A stretch of DNA of 61,393 bases from an uncultured Bacilli bacterium (GTDB taxonomy: Bacteria > Bacillota_I > Bacilli_A > RF39 > UBA660), in contig CANQWY010000003.1 of NCBI GenBank assembly GCA_947627675.1, positions 1 through 61,393 on the forward strand, in the 5' to 3' direction. Below the pieces are notes generated by a model that saw nothing but the letters and a program-made list of their open reading frames with translations, was not told where the DNA came from and ran no database searches. The translations under genes were made by a program, and so were the position numbers. Shown piece after piece: positions 36,857 to 46,927 of the stretch (position 1 is the first letter of the stretch; each line of letters opens with the position of its first letter).

Positions 36857-37203
36857 CAGATGAAAAGATAGTATCAGCTATTGAAGAACTTGGATATGTA
36901 GCATTTAAAGATGAAGCAGATCCTAAAGATATAGAGGGAAAAAATAAATATTGCGTTTATTACGATAACGGCTTGCGAAAACAAGATCAACATATTTTTC
37001 ATAAAATAATAGAATTTGTATTTGTAAATGAGGAAGACGGAACATTTGAAGAAGACTTGATTATTCCTACAATAGAAAAAACTGGTCTTACTTTTGATGA
37101 TGGAGATTATGGCCGATTAAAGAAAGTACAAGGTGGCGATATTGTTAATTCATTAACATTAAGATTTGTTCGTCCAAGAAAGAAAAAGATTTGTAATTAC
37201 TAA
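36853..37203 (+). CDS. Head-tail joining / tail completion protein
   Basis: Synteny only. Confidence 0.45.
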   Translation: MTDEKIVSAIEELGYVAFKDEADPKDIEGKNKYCVYYDNGLRKQDQHIFHKIIEFVFVNEEDGTFEEDLIIPTIEKTGLTFDDGDYGRLKKVQGGDIVNSLTLRFVRPRKKKICNY

Positions 37204-37646
37204 TGGAAACAGTATTTAGATTAAATGCAGATGATCTTAATAAATTAGTAGATTCTATTATGAAAATACCGACATTAGCAGAATCTATTATGAATGATTA
37301 TTTGCATAATAAAGGTGCTAATATTGTCATTAAAAAAATTACAGAAGAGATGCCAGTAGGTGTCAATGATAATAAAAAATATAAAGGATATCCTAAAACA
37401 CATGCAAAATACTCTATAAGTTTGGAATTTGCAAAAATGAATTTAGGATTCGCAATTAAAACTACAAGAACACCATTTTTCGGTTATTTGTACTTCCCGG
37501 CTTTTGGTGAGGGTACCTCTAAAAGAAATGTTCCAAATGAATTTTTCGAAAGAGGAGCAGAAAAAGGAAGAGTACCTATTGTAGATGATTTAGCAAAATT
37601 GCTTGAAGAAAAAATAAAAGGAGGGATTCAGCAATGGCAAAAATAG
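37203..37646 (+). CDS. HK97 gp10-like tail-terminator-region protein
   Basis: Synteny and size. Confidence 0.5.
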   Translation: METVFRLNADDLNKLVDSIMKIPTLAESIMNDYLHNKGANIVIKKITEEMPVGVNDNKKYKGYPKTHAKYSISLEFAKMNLGFAIKTTRTPFFGYLYFPAFGEGTSKRNVPNEFFERGAEKGRVPIVDDLAKLLEEKIKGGIQQWQK

Positions 37647-38224
37647 AAACTTTTGATGAATGTAAGATTACAGAAACTCATGCAAAATTATATGATCGTA
37701 GTACAGGAAAATTAGCAGAATCTGATGCTCAAAGATTAGGCTGTACAGGAAATATCGAAATTAACACAGAATATAAAACTATCGTAAAAAATTGTGAGGG
37801 TGTTGAGCAAAAGAGTGTTAAAAAAATAACTAAATTAACTGGTAAAATCTCTGTTCACATGCCATTAGCAATAGCAAGAACAGTATTTGGTTTAAGTAAT
37901 GAGGGATTAGCCGAGGGAGTATATGGTCTTTCTGATAAATCAAATATTCCAGATATGTGCTTAACTTCAAAAGCTGTTGATTTATTTACCGATGAAGAAA
38001 AATATATTTGTTTACCTAAAATATCTTTTACAACAGGTTTTGCAAAGAAAATTGATAATTCATCAGAAGAAGTTGCAGAGGTAGAATTAGAGTTTAACGG
38101 ATATAAAGATGAAAATGGTGAATTCTATTATGAAGCAATTGCTAGTGAAGTTGACAAAGTAAGTATTGGTGATAAATGGTTAAAGCAATTTACACCATCA
38201 ATTGTTAAAGCACCAGCAGCATAA
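37634..38224 (+). CDS. Major tail protein
   Basis: 196 aa, immediately upstream of the chaperone pair and the tape measure, and followed by a hairpin. Confidence 0.7.
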   Translation: MAKIETFDECKITETHAKLYDRSTGKLAESDAQRLGCTGNIEINTEYKTIVKNCEGVEQKSVKKITKLTGKISVHMPLAIARTVFGLSNEGLAEGVYGLSDKSNIPDMCLTSKAVDLFTDEEKYICLPKISFTTGFAKKIDNSSEEVAEVELEFNGYKDENGEFYYEAIASEVDKVSIGDKWLKQFTPSIVKAPAA

Positions 38225-38229
38225 TATTG

Positions 38230-38258
38230 AGCCCTACTTTTGTGGGGCTTTTCTTTTT
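38230..38258 (+). terminator. Weak terminator/attenuator after the major tail gene
   Basis: AGCCC / GGGCT stem, 10-nt loop, T-rich tail. Confidence 0.4.
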
Positions 38259-38285
38259 AATTAAATTTAAGAAAGGATGGTATTT

Positions 38286-38741
38286 ATGAATCAAAATGAT
38301 GGTCAAAATCAAACATTAACTAATCCAGAAATAATAGAAAATGTACAAAATAATCCTGTACAAAACGCAATAGAACAAAATACTATTGAGAATAAAATTG
38401 AAAATCAAAGTGAACAAAAAGAAGTGAAAGATGATCTTCCTAAAAGAGCTTTGAAATTTGAGGATGGGACAATTATTTATGATTTAAAAATCACATATAG
38501 AAATTTGTTTGATTTTCAAAGGTCATATTCTGGATCTAAAGATTTGATGGAAGCATTAGTAAAAAAACAAACTTTCGATCATGAAACTATGGTCCAACTT
38601 ATTTATGTTGGGTATTTAGGAACTAATCCAAAGGAAAAAATGGAGTATTACGAGTTTATAGATCATCTCGATTTTAATGCTAAAAGAGATATGTTTTTGT
38701 TTAATGATTTAGTAGGACTTAATGCTAGCAAAAAAAACTAA
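38286..38741 (+). CDS. Tail assembly chaperone (gpG analogue)
   Basis: Lies between the major tail and tape measure genes. Ends in the A-run slippery site. ATG 38286 lies 9 nt after AAAGGA. Confidence 0.7.
   Translation: MNQNDGQNQTLTNPEIIENVQNNPVQNAIEQNTIENKIENQSEQKEVKDDLPKRALKFEDGTIIYDLKITYRNLFDFQRSYSGSKDLMEALVKKQTFDHETMVQLIYVGYLGTNPKEKMEYYEFIDHLDFNAKRDMFLFNDLVGLNASKKN
38732..38738 (+). other. Programmed -1 ribosomal frameshift site A_AAA_AAC (G/GT chaperone)
   Basis: The 0-frame reads agc aaa aaa aac taa. The -1 frame reads caa aaa aaa cta atg ttc... and is open to 38962. Confidence 0.7.
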
Positions 38742-38962
38742 TGTTCCAAAACTCTTTAAAGAAATATACGGTAAATAGAAAAGGTAAATATTTGTCGCCT
38801 AAATTAGAAATATGTACGGTTGCAGATATTTATACGCTTTATGTATTAAATGCCGGCATACCATACGAAGAGTTTTGGAATCAGGACATACTTTTTTTAG
38901 AATCAGTTTACTTCAACAAAATGACATTTAATCGTTGGGAAAACAATCCGAAAGAGAGGTGA
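38741..38962 (+). CDS. gpT-analogue extension of the tail chaperone (expressed mainly as the G-T frameshift fusion)
   Basis: It is in the -1 frame relative to 38286-38741 and ends 4 nt before the tape measure start. Confidence 0.6.
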   Translation: MFQNSLKKYTVNRKGKYLSPKLEICTVADIYTLYVLNAGIPYEEFWNQDILFLESVYFNKMTFNRWENNPKER

Positions 38963-38966
38963 TTTT

Positions 38967-41642
38967 GTGGCGAAGAAAACAGGTGTAGAATTAGAATTTA
39001 GTATTCTGGATGATGATTTTAAAAAAGCTATAAAAGAGATGAATAGTTCTATATCGTCAATGAAAAAAGAACTTAATCTCGAAAATGAAGTATTAAAAAG
39101 TTCGAATGTTTCTATTACTGATTATCAAAATAAATTAAATACATTAAAGCAGCAACAGGAAATATCGAAAAATAAAATTCAAGAAGCAACAGCAGCTTAT
39201 GAAAGAGCAAAAGAGATGTTTGGTGAAAACTCAAAAGAAGCTTCAAAATATAAAGATACTTTAATTACAGCTCAAACCGAGCAACAAAAGATTACTAATG
39301 ATATAGAAAAAACTACAAAATCTCTCGAAGAGCATGAGTCAGCTTTAAAAGAAGATGAACAAAAGAATCGTGAATTAAATTCTACATTAGGATCATTGAC
39401 CTCAACAATAAACGAACAAAAAGGTCATTTAGAAGATTTAAAAAGACAGTATGTAAATACTGTTTTAGAACAAGGAAAAGGATCTGATCAAGCTAAAACT
39501 TTAAAAGAAGAAATTAAAAATTTAAGTAGCGAAATCAAATCCAGTGAAACTAGGCTTGATAAAGCAGAAAGTGAATTAAAAGAATTTTCTGATGCCGAAG
39601 AAAAAGCCGGAAAACACGCAGTTACATTTGGTGAAATGATTAAGGCTAATTTAATAAGTGATGCCATAAAAAAAGGAATTAGTGAAATTGCAAACGGAGT
39701 AAAACAATTAGGAAGTTTTTTATTTAATACAGGTAAACAGGCTTTTGAAAGTTTTGGCGAATATGAGCAATTAGTTGGAGGAGTAGATACTTTATTTAAA
39801 GATAGTTCTAGTCAAGTTCAAGAATATGCAAATAATGCCTATAAAACATCCGGTTTATCAGCGAATAAATATATGGAAACCGTAACATCATTTAGTGCTA
39901 GTTTATTACAAAGTTTGGATGGTGATACTAAAAAAGCAGCAGAAGTAGCTGATATGGCTATTGTAGATATGTCGGATAACGCCAATAAAATGGGTACTGA
40001 TATATCGATGATACAAAATGCTTATCAAGGTTTTGCAAAACAAAATTATACAATGTTAGATAATTTGAAACTTGGATATGGCGGTACTAAAACAGAGATG
40101 GAAAGACTACTTGCTGATGCAGAAAAAATAACTGGAATTAAATATGATATTAATAATTTAAATGATGTATATCAAGCTATACATGTAATCCAAAAAGATT
40201 TAGAAATTTCAGGTTTAAGTTATGAACAAGCTATGGAAAAAGTTGCTAATGGAGAAATGACATTAGAAGAGGCAACAAATGCAATGGGAACCACAGCTAA
40301 AGAAGCAAGTACAACGATTCAAGGATCCATTGCCTCAATGAAATCAGCTTGGAGCAATTTATTAGCAGGGTTAGGTAATGATCAGGCTGATTTAGATTTA
40401 TTAATAAATAATTTGATTTCTAGTATTACAACGGTATTAGGTAATTCTTTACCAATAGTTGAAACTATCGTGAATAGTTTAATTACAGCATTACCTCAAA
40501 TTTTTGAGATGGGAGGTCAACTATTAACTAAATTAGTTGAGGGAATTACCAATAATACACCTATGCTAGCTAATATTGCAGTTACAATCATGACTGGTCT
40601 AGTAAATATGATTCTATCTAATTTGCCAATGATTTTACAAGCAGGTATTAATTTGTTAGTAGAATTAACAAAGGGTATAGCCCAAGCATTACCTCAATTG
40701 GTACCAACAATTGTTAGTGTAATTTTAGAAATGGTTATTGTATTAACTAATCCAGATAATTTAATGAATATAATTCAAGCAGCATTAGTATTGATTTCTT
40801 CATTAGCGGAGGGAATTATAAATGCTATTCCTATATTAGTTGAAAAATTACCAGAAATAATTGATAGTATCGTGACATTTTTTACCGAAAATTTAGATAA
40901 AATCATTGATATGGGAGTTGAAATGATTGTTAATTTAGCAATGGCATTAGTTGATGCTATTCCTGTAATTATTGAGAATTTACCTAAAATAACTATGGCT
41001 ATAATTAACGGATTACTTCAAATACTACCAAAATTGGCAACAGCAGGATTACAAATGATTGTTAAATTAGGTGCATCATTAGTTGAAAATATACCTAAAC
41101 TCGTAGCAAAAATTCCTCAAATCATATCTTCTGTCATTAATGGATTTGGAAATATGGTAAGTGGAGCATTAGATATAGGTAAAAATTTCGTAACTGGCTT
41201 ATGGAATGGTATTAACAATGCGAAAGACTGGATCATTGGAAAGATTAAAGGATTTAAAGATTCTGTCTTGAATGGCATTAAGTCATTTTTTGGTATTCAT
41301 TCACCATCTACTGTATTTAGAGATGAAGTTGGTAAAAATCTAGCATTAGGTGTTGGATTAGGATTTAGTGATGAAATGGTAGAGGTTGCAGAGAAAATGC
41401 AAAACTCTATTCCATCCAACTTTGATGTCGGAGTAAATACAAATATGGTAACAAATGGCTATAACAGTAATGATATAGGCAGAAATATAACAGATACTTC
41501 TGATTATAATCCTGGTCAAGTTTCACCAATTTATATAACAATAGAAAACTTTAATAACAATAGGGAACAAGATATTGAAGATCTATCAGAAGAATTAGAA
41601 TTTTATAGATCTAAAGTAAGTTATGGAAAGGGGAATGCTTAA
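38967..41642 (+). CDS. Tail tape measure protein
   Basis: 891 aa. Coiled-coil N-terminus and a long hydrophobic helical-repeat centre (...LPQIFEMGGQLLTKLVEGI...). Position fits. Confidence 0.9.
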   Translation: MAKKTGVELEFSILDDDFKKAIKEMNSSISSMKKELNLENEVLKSSNVSITDYQNKLNTLKQQQEISKNKIQEATAAYERAKEMFGENSKEASKYKDTLITAQTEQQKITNDIEKTTKSLEEHESALKEDEQKNRELNSTLGSLTSTINEQKGHLEDLKRQYVNTVLEQGKGSDQAKTLKEEIKNLSSEIKSSETRLDKAESELKEFSDAEEKAGKHAVTFGEMIKANLISDAIKKGISEIANGVKQLGSFLFNTGKQAFESFGEYEQLVGGVDTLFKDSSSQVQEYANNAYKTSGLSANKYMETVTSFSASLLQSLDGDTKKAAEVADMAIVDMSDNANKMGTDISMIQNAYQGFAKQNYTMLDNLKLGYGGTKTEMERLLADAEKITGIKYDINNLNDVYQAIHVIQKDLEISGLSYEQAMEKVANGEMTLEEATNAMGTTAKEASTTIQGSIASMKSAWSNLLAGLGNDQADLDLLINNLISSITTVLGNSLPIVETIVNSLITALPQIFEMGGQLLTKLVEGITNNTPMLANIAVTIMTGLVNMILSNLPMILQAGINLLVELTKGIAQALPQLVPTIVSVILEMVIVLTNPDNLMNIIQAALVLISSLAEGIINAIPILVEKLPEIIDSIVTFFTENLDKIIDMGVEMIVNLAMALVDAIPVIIENLPKITMAIINGLLQILPKLATAGLQMIVKLGASLVENIPKLVAKIPQIISSVINGFGNMVSGALDIGKNFVTGLWNGINNAKDWIIGKIKGFKDSVLNGIKSFFGIHSPSTVFRDEVGKNLALGVGLGFSDEMVEVAEKMQNSIPSNFDVGVNTNMVTNGYNSNDIGRNITDTSDYNPGQVSPIYITIENFNNNREQDIEDLSEELEFYRSKVSYGKGNA

Positions 41643-42337
41643 TGAATTATTTTATATTTATTAAAGATGGAATTATGTATGATTCTAGAGATTATGGAAT
41701 AGGTTGCGGAGGCTTCCCTCCCATTGTTATTCCAAAGAAAAGAATAACTATAGAATCTTTATCAGGAAGAAACGGATCATTAACAACTACAGATGATTGT
41801 TATGATAGTTATACCAAAGATGTAGAATGTTATATGGAAGACGATGTTTATAAAGATTTATCCTGGTTAAGTGGTAGCGGGAAATTAATTTTATCTAATG
41901 AATTAGATCGTGAGTATGATGTTACTTTAAGGAATAATATTGAATTAGAACAAATTGCAACTTATTGGCGAAACTTTATTCTTAAATTTGAAGTACAGCC
42001 ATTTAAAAGAGGTAAGGACAAACATACAATTATTCAAAAAGATAAGGATTTTATTTTTAGTATAGGGGGTAACGCAAAGGCATTGCCTTTAATTTATGTT
42101 ACAGGTACAGGTAATATTAGTATCACTATCAATGATAATACTTTTCAAATTAAAGATTTAAAATCTACTATTTATATTGATTCCGAATTGCAAATTGCCT
42201 TGGAGGATGAACAAAATGCTATGTATAAAACAAATGGAGATTTTGATTTATTATATTTAAATCCTGGAACTAACAAAGTTCATATTATAGGTGATTTAGT
42301 TAATATAAAAATTATATATCAGGATACATATTTATGA
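41642..42337 (+). CDS. Distal tail protein (Dit)
   Basis: Immediately downstream of the tape measure gene; 231 aa. Confidence 0.7.
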   Translation: MNYFIFIKDGIMYDSRDYGIGCGGFPPIVIPKKRITIESLSGRNGSLTTTDDCYDSYTKDVECYMEDDVYKDLSWLSGSGKLILSNELDREYDVTLRNNIELEQIATYWRNFILKFEVQPFKRGKDKHTIIQKDKDFIFSIGGNAKALPLIYVTGTGNISITINDNTFQIKDLKSTIYIDSELQIALEDEQNAMYKTNGDFDLLYLNPGTNKVHIIGDLVNIKIIYQDTYL

Positions 42338-45300
42338 TAAGAATTTATAGTAATGATTGTAAAGATTTCAATAATAATGGTCTTGGTATATTATTGGATT
42401 TTAAAACATCACCAAAAATTACGGAATCTTTAAATGGAAATTTTGAATTGAATTTTGATTATGCAATTAAGGGAAAAAATGTTGAACATTTAATTGTTGA
42501 TAATATTATAAAAGCTCCATATGACGGGAAGAATCAATTATTTAGAATAAAAAAAGTAAAACCTAATCTATCAAAAATAAATATTTATGCAGCGCATATA
42601 TTTTATGATTTATCAGAGAATTTTCTTGTTGATGTTGCTCCAACACAAAAGAATGCAGTAAATGCTATTAGTTGGCTATTAGAACACGCAATGTTTAAAA
42701 CAAATTTTTCTATAACGGGTGATACCAGTGCAATTTTATCTGCAAGATATGTTAGAAAAAATATAGTTGATGCTATTTTAGGAGCAGATAACTGTATTGT
42801 AAAAAAATGGGGTGGAGAAATAGAAAGAGATAACTTTAATATAATCTATCATTGCCAAAGAGGAGCAGATCGAGGAGTTCGAATTAAGCAAGGTAAAAAT
42901 ATAAAAGAAGTAGAACTTGAAATTGACTTTACGAGCGTTGTTACTCGCATAATACCTCAGGGAGCAAATGAGTTATTACTTCCAGAAATCTATGTTGATT
43001 CACCTATTATAAATACATATAGAAATCCTATTGTGGCTAAATATGAATTTAATGATATAGCTGTAGATGATAATACTACAGAAGACCAGGCCTATGAATT
43101 ATTAAGAGAAGCAGCTAAAAAATTATTTTCGGATGATAATATAGATAAACCTACTATATCAGTTAAAGTAAATTGGTTGGAATTATCTAAAACAGAAGAG
43201 TATAAAAATTATAGTAATTTAGAATATGTACGATTAGGAGATACTGTTACAGTACAAGCTTTAGGCTATGAATACAAAATTCGTGTTATAAAGGTTGTTT
43301 ATGATTGTTTACTTAATACATATACATCATTTGAAATAGGCGATCCTAAAGCTGATTTTGTAAGTAATACGGTAGATAATATTGCTACTCAAATTCAACA
43401 AAATTCATCTAGTATATTACAGCAAGCAAAACAAATGGCCACGGCTCTTATTAATAATGGATTTGGCGGTAATGTAAGAATTTATCCAGATCGTATTTTA
43501 ATTATGGACACAGATAATGAAGCAACAGCTAAAAATGTATGGCAATGGAATCTAAATGGATTTGGACATTCTTCTACAGGTATCGATGGTAAATATGAAA
43601 CAGCAATAACTATTGATGGTCAAATTGTTGCAAATAGTATTACAACAGGAAAAATGAGTGCAGAGAGAATAGAAGGATTAAATCAAATCCTTTTATCATT
43701 AAAAGAGAAAGATATAGAATTACAATTAGGTCAAGATAATATATCAAGCAAAGTTAGTGAAAGTGAAACTATAATCAGAGATATAACTACAACAACTCAA
43801 ACATCAATAGGTAAAAAATATTTATATTTGTTGGATGCTTTGGGAAGTATTATTCTTGAATACATTATTTATGGAAAAAGTGAGCAAGACGTAACATTTC
43901 AACAGGAAAGTGATAATCTTTTTGATATAAATTTATGGAAAAATGGAAAAATAGGAGTAAATCAAGGTAACATAGTAATTGATGATAATTCAATAACGAT
44001 GTCAAATCCAACAGCAAAAGATCAATACAATACAGGAACATTTCATGGTAATGCAACACCAACTGAAGATCAAATAAATATAGTTAAAAAGTATGGAATA
44101 GAGGTAACACCATCAACTTTATATACACTATCATATGATAATGAAAATAGTACATTAAGCCAGTGTTTTATTTTCTGGTATGATGAAAATTATGTTTATA
44201 TTAGTAATGCTAATCTTTATAGTGCAGATGCAAGATGTGTGTTAACTGCTAATTCATCAATAAATGCAAAATATGCAACAATAAGATTTGATAATGAAGG
44301 ATATGAAACAGAACAGACAGAATTAAAAATATCTAAAATTTCATTTAAAATAGGAAAAGATGGGACATATAGTAAATTTGTATCACCAAAGCCAAGCCCA
44401 AACTATTCAAGTGAAATAGAAAGTGTAAGAGGAATTGAAAATTTATTTGATAAAAATAACCCCAATATTATAGATGGTAAATATTTAAATACAACAGGAT
44501 ATGAGACATCAAATTCTGGATTTTGTATAACCCAATATATACCAATAGAACAAGGCAAATATACATATTCAGGTTTAACAGTAAAACCTGAATGGGCTGC
44601 TAAAATGTGCTTATATGATGCAAATAAAACTTTTCTTAGTTATAAAGATCAAACTTCATCTGAGGTATTAACAATAGATTCAAAGGCTAAATATATAAGA
44701 TTTTCGTTTTACAAAGAAGAAAAAGAAAGTTTTATGTTAGAAAGGGGCAAAGTTGCTCATAAATATGTTCCATATGGTAATTGGTTAATAATAAAACAGA
44801 TAGGCGCTAATATATTAAATTATAATGGTACTTATTCTAAACATTTTAGTAATTATTATTCTTTTGTTATTGATGTACCAAAATATGCTTTAGAAAAAGG
44901 CAAAACATATTATTTTAGTGTTGACGTTCAAACTATCAATAATGGTACTGCCAATTCTATTCGATTTTTACCACAAACATCTATTAGTTATTCTATGAAT
45001 AGAATTAACTCACCAACTTTAAGCAAAGATATTCAAAGATATGTTTTTTCTATTGTTTCCAATGAAGATATTATTTCTTCTCAAATTGCTGTGCAAAGTG
45101 ATAATGCGAGTTCTAGTTGTCAAATTCAATTTACACATTTTATGATTAGTGAAGAAAATATTCCCTACGAGCCATATAAAGAACAAGAAATACTTATTGA
45201 CATGGCTAAGAAATCTTTATTTGATGGAATATTTTCACAAGGATTTATATCAGCACAGGGAGTTGAAGGAGTTGTTGAAAATCAAATATATACACCTAAT

Positions 45301-46926
45301 TATATAAAAGTACAACCTAATACAAAGTATATATATTCTAACGATCAAAATATAAAAATAAATTATATAGCATTGTATGATAATGATAAACAATTTCTAA
45401 AAAGAATAAGTTGTAATGCATTTGAATATACGACAGATAGTGATACTTATTATATAAGATTTACTAATTATAACGGTTCAAAAATAATACCAGAAGACGT
45501 AACAAATGCAAGTTTGTTAGAGGCAGGAGATAATTATTATGAATTGGCTTCTTTAAGTGATGAGGATAATATATTCGATGGAATTTTTGAACAAGGTTTA
45601 ATAGGCCAAAATGGTAGTATTAATAGCAGTAATACCCAGCAAATTTATACTTTAAACTACATTCCTGTTAATCAAAATTCTAGATATGTATATTCAAACG
45701 ATCAAAATCAAAAAGTAAATTATTTAGCCAAGTATGATAAAAATAAAAATTTTATAGAAAGAGTAGCTTGTAGTAGTTCAGTTTTTATAACTGATTCTTC
45801 TACATATTATATAAGATTTACTAATTATATTGGCTCTGGTATAACGCCAGATTATATAACGAATGCTACATTGGTAGAAAGAAAATATGATTTACCTATG
45901 CCAAATATTAAAGATACTCTAAAAATAGAAAATGGGCAAGCTATATTAACAAAAAATATGGGTAAATATGTATTTACTGGTGATGAAGATTTTGATGCTG
46001 ATAGTGGAACAGTAGGGGTTGATTATAGACATGCTATTAAAATAAGTAAATTAAATATTCCTCAGCCGAATTATGGATATCGTGGTAATGCAATATCTTC
46101 TCATTTTATAGGAAAAGCATCTAATACAGAAGAATTTGGCAGTTTTTATATATCAAGTTCCTGGTGTGTATTTACAGATAAAAATAAATTATATGATTTA
46201 AATGGATTTAAGCAATTTTTAAAAGAACAATACAACAATGGAACTCCTGTAACTGTGTATTATGTATTAGAAGAGCCATATGAGATTAATTTAAGCATTA
46301 GTAAAGAATTAGAACTATTTACTAATATTAATAACATTACTTTCATAGACAAGCTCGATATTCAACCAACTGTGAGGGCCAAATATTTAAGAAATACACC
46401 TCTATCATATGATTATGCTACAAATCAGAGAGTAGATAATACAGACAAAAATGTATTTAATAATCAGAATCAAATAAATAATGTTGCAAGTGATTTGAAT
46501 GATACAAACACTAATTTATATAACAATTATTATAATAAAGAACAAGTTGATTATATGAAAAGTACAACAGAAGAACAAATAGTACAAATAAAAAATACAG
46601 TAGAAACTAATACAACAGCAACTAATCTTCAGATATCAGTGTTAGAAGAAAAACTTATAAATGGTGTTACCTCAGTAAAAACAGAAACAGGTTATATTTT
46701 TGATAAAGATGGATTAAAAATTGGTAAAAGTGATAGTGAAATGAATTTATTACTAGATAATGATGGACTAGCTGTAAAAAGAAATAATGATGAAGTACTT
46801 ACAGTTCGTTCTAGCGGTGTTGAAACAGAAAATTTAAAAGTTAGAACCTATTTTCATATAGGTAGTAATACTCGTGTCGAAGATTACAAAGAAGGTACGG
46901 GTTTTTTTCATATAGGAGAGTGGTAG
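42334..46926 (+). CDS. Tail-associated lysin / baseplate hub (Tal) with multiple C-terminal carbohydrate-binding-like modules and a coiled-coil tip
   Basis: 1530 aa. The N-terminus resembles a prophage tail endopeptidase region. Internal ~118-aa repeat modules at 44443-45925. Confidence 0.75.
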   Translation: MIRIYSNDCKDFNNNGLGILLDFKTSPKITESLNGNFELNFDYAIKGKNVEHLIVDNIIKAPYDGKNQLFRIKKVKPNLSKINIYAAHIFYDLSENFLVDVAPTQKNAVNAISWLLEHAMFKTNFSITGDTSAILSARYVRKNIVDAILGADNCIVKKWGGEIERDNFNIIYHCQRGADRGVRIKQGKNIKEVELEIDFTSVVTRIIPQGANELLLPEIYVDSPIINTYRNPIVAKYEFNDIAVDDNTTEDQAYELLREAAKKLFSDDNIDKPTISVKVNWLELSKTEEYKNYSNLEYVRLGDTVTVQALGYEYKIRVIKVVYDCLLNTYTSFEIGDPKADFVSNTVDNIATQIQQNSSSILQQAKQMATALINNGFGGNVRIYPDRILIMDTDNEATAKNVWQWNLNGFGHSSTGIDGKYETAITIDGQIVANSITTGKMSAERIEGLNQILLSLKEKDIELQLGQDNISSKVSESETIIRDITTTTQTSIGKKYLYLLDALGSIILEYIIYGKSEQDVTFQQESDNLFDINLWKNGKIGVNQGNIVIDDNSITMSNPTAKDQYNTGTFHGNATPTEDQINIVKKYGIEVTPSTLYTLSYDNENSTLSQCFIFWYDENYVYISNANLYSADARCVLTANSSINAKYATIRFDNEGYETEQTELKISKISFKIGKDGTYSKFVSPKPSPNYSSEIESVRGIENLFDKNNPNIIDGKYLNTTGYETSNSGFCITQYIPIEQGKYTYSGLTVKPEWAAKMCLYDANKTFLSYKDQTSSEVLTIDSKAKYIRFSFYKEEKESFMLERGKVAHKYVPYGNWLIIKQIGANILNYNGTYSKHFSNYYSFVIDVPKYALEKGKTYYFSVDVQTINNGTANSIRFLPQTSISYSMNRINSPTLSKDIQRYVFSIVSNEDIISSQIAVQSDNASSSCQIQFTHFMISEENIPYEPYKEQEILIDMAKKSLFDGIFSQGFISAQGVEGVVENQIYTPNYIKVQPNTKYIYSNDQNIKINYIALYDNDKQFLKRISCNAFEYTTDSDTYYIRFTNYNGSKIIPEDVTNASLLEAGDNYYELASLSDEDNIFDGIFEQGLIGQNGSINSSNTQQIYTLNYIPVNQNSRYVYSNDQNQKVNYLAKYDKNKNFIERVACSSSVFITDSSTYYIRFTNYIGSGITPDYITNATLVERKYDLPMPNIKDTLKIENGQAILTKNMGKYVFTGDEDFDADSGTVGVDYRHAIKISKLNIPQPNYGYRGNAISSHFIGKASNTEEFGSFYISSSWCVFTDKNKLYDLNGFKQFLKEQYNNGTPVTVYYVLEEPYEINLSISKELELFTNINNITFIDKLDIQPTVRAKYLRNTPLSYDYATNQRVDNTDKNVFNNQNQINNVASDLNDTNTNLYNNYYNKEQVDYMKSTTEEQIVQIKNTVETNTTATNLQISVLEEKLINGVTSVKTETGYIFDKDGLKIGKSDSEMNLLLDNDGLAVKRNNDEVLTVRSSGVETENLKVRTYFHIGSNTRVEDYKEGTGFFHIGEW

Positions 46927-46927
46927 A

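Noticed and set aside
44443-45925. Diversity-generating retroelement (template/variable repeat) explanation for the tail-protein repeats.
   Set aside because: There is no reverse transcriptase gene in the element. The repeats differ at all base types rather than mainly at adenines, and they are in-frame protein modules.
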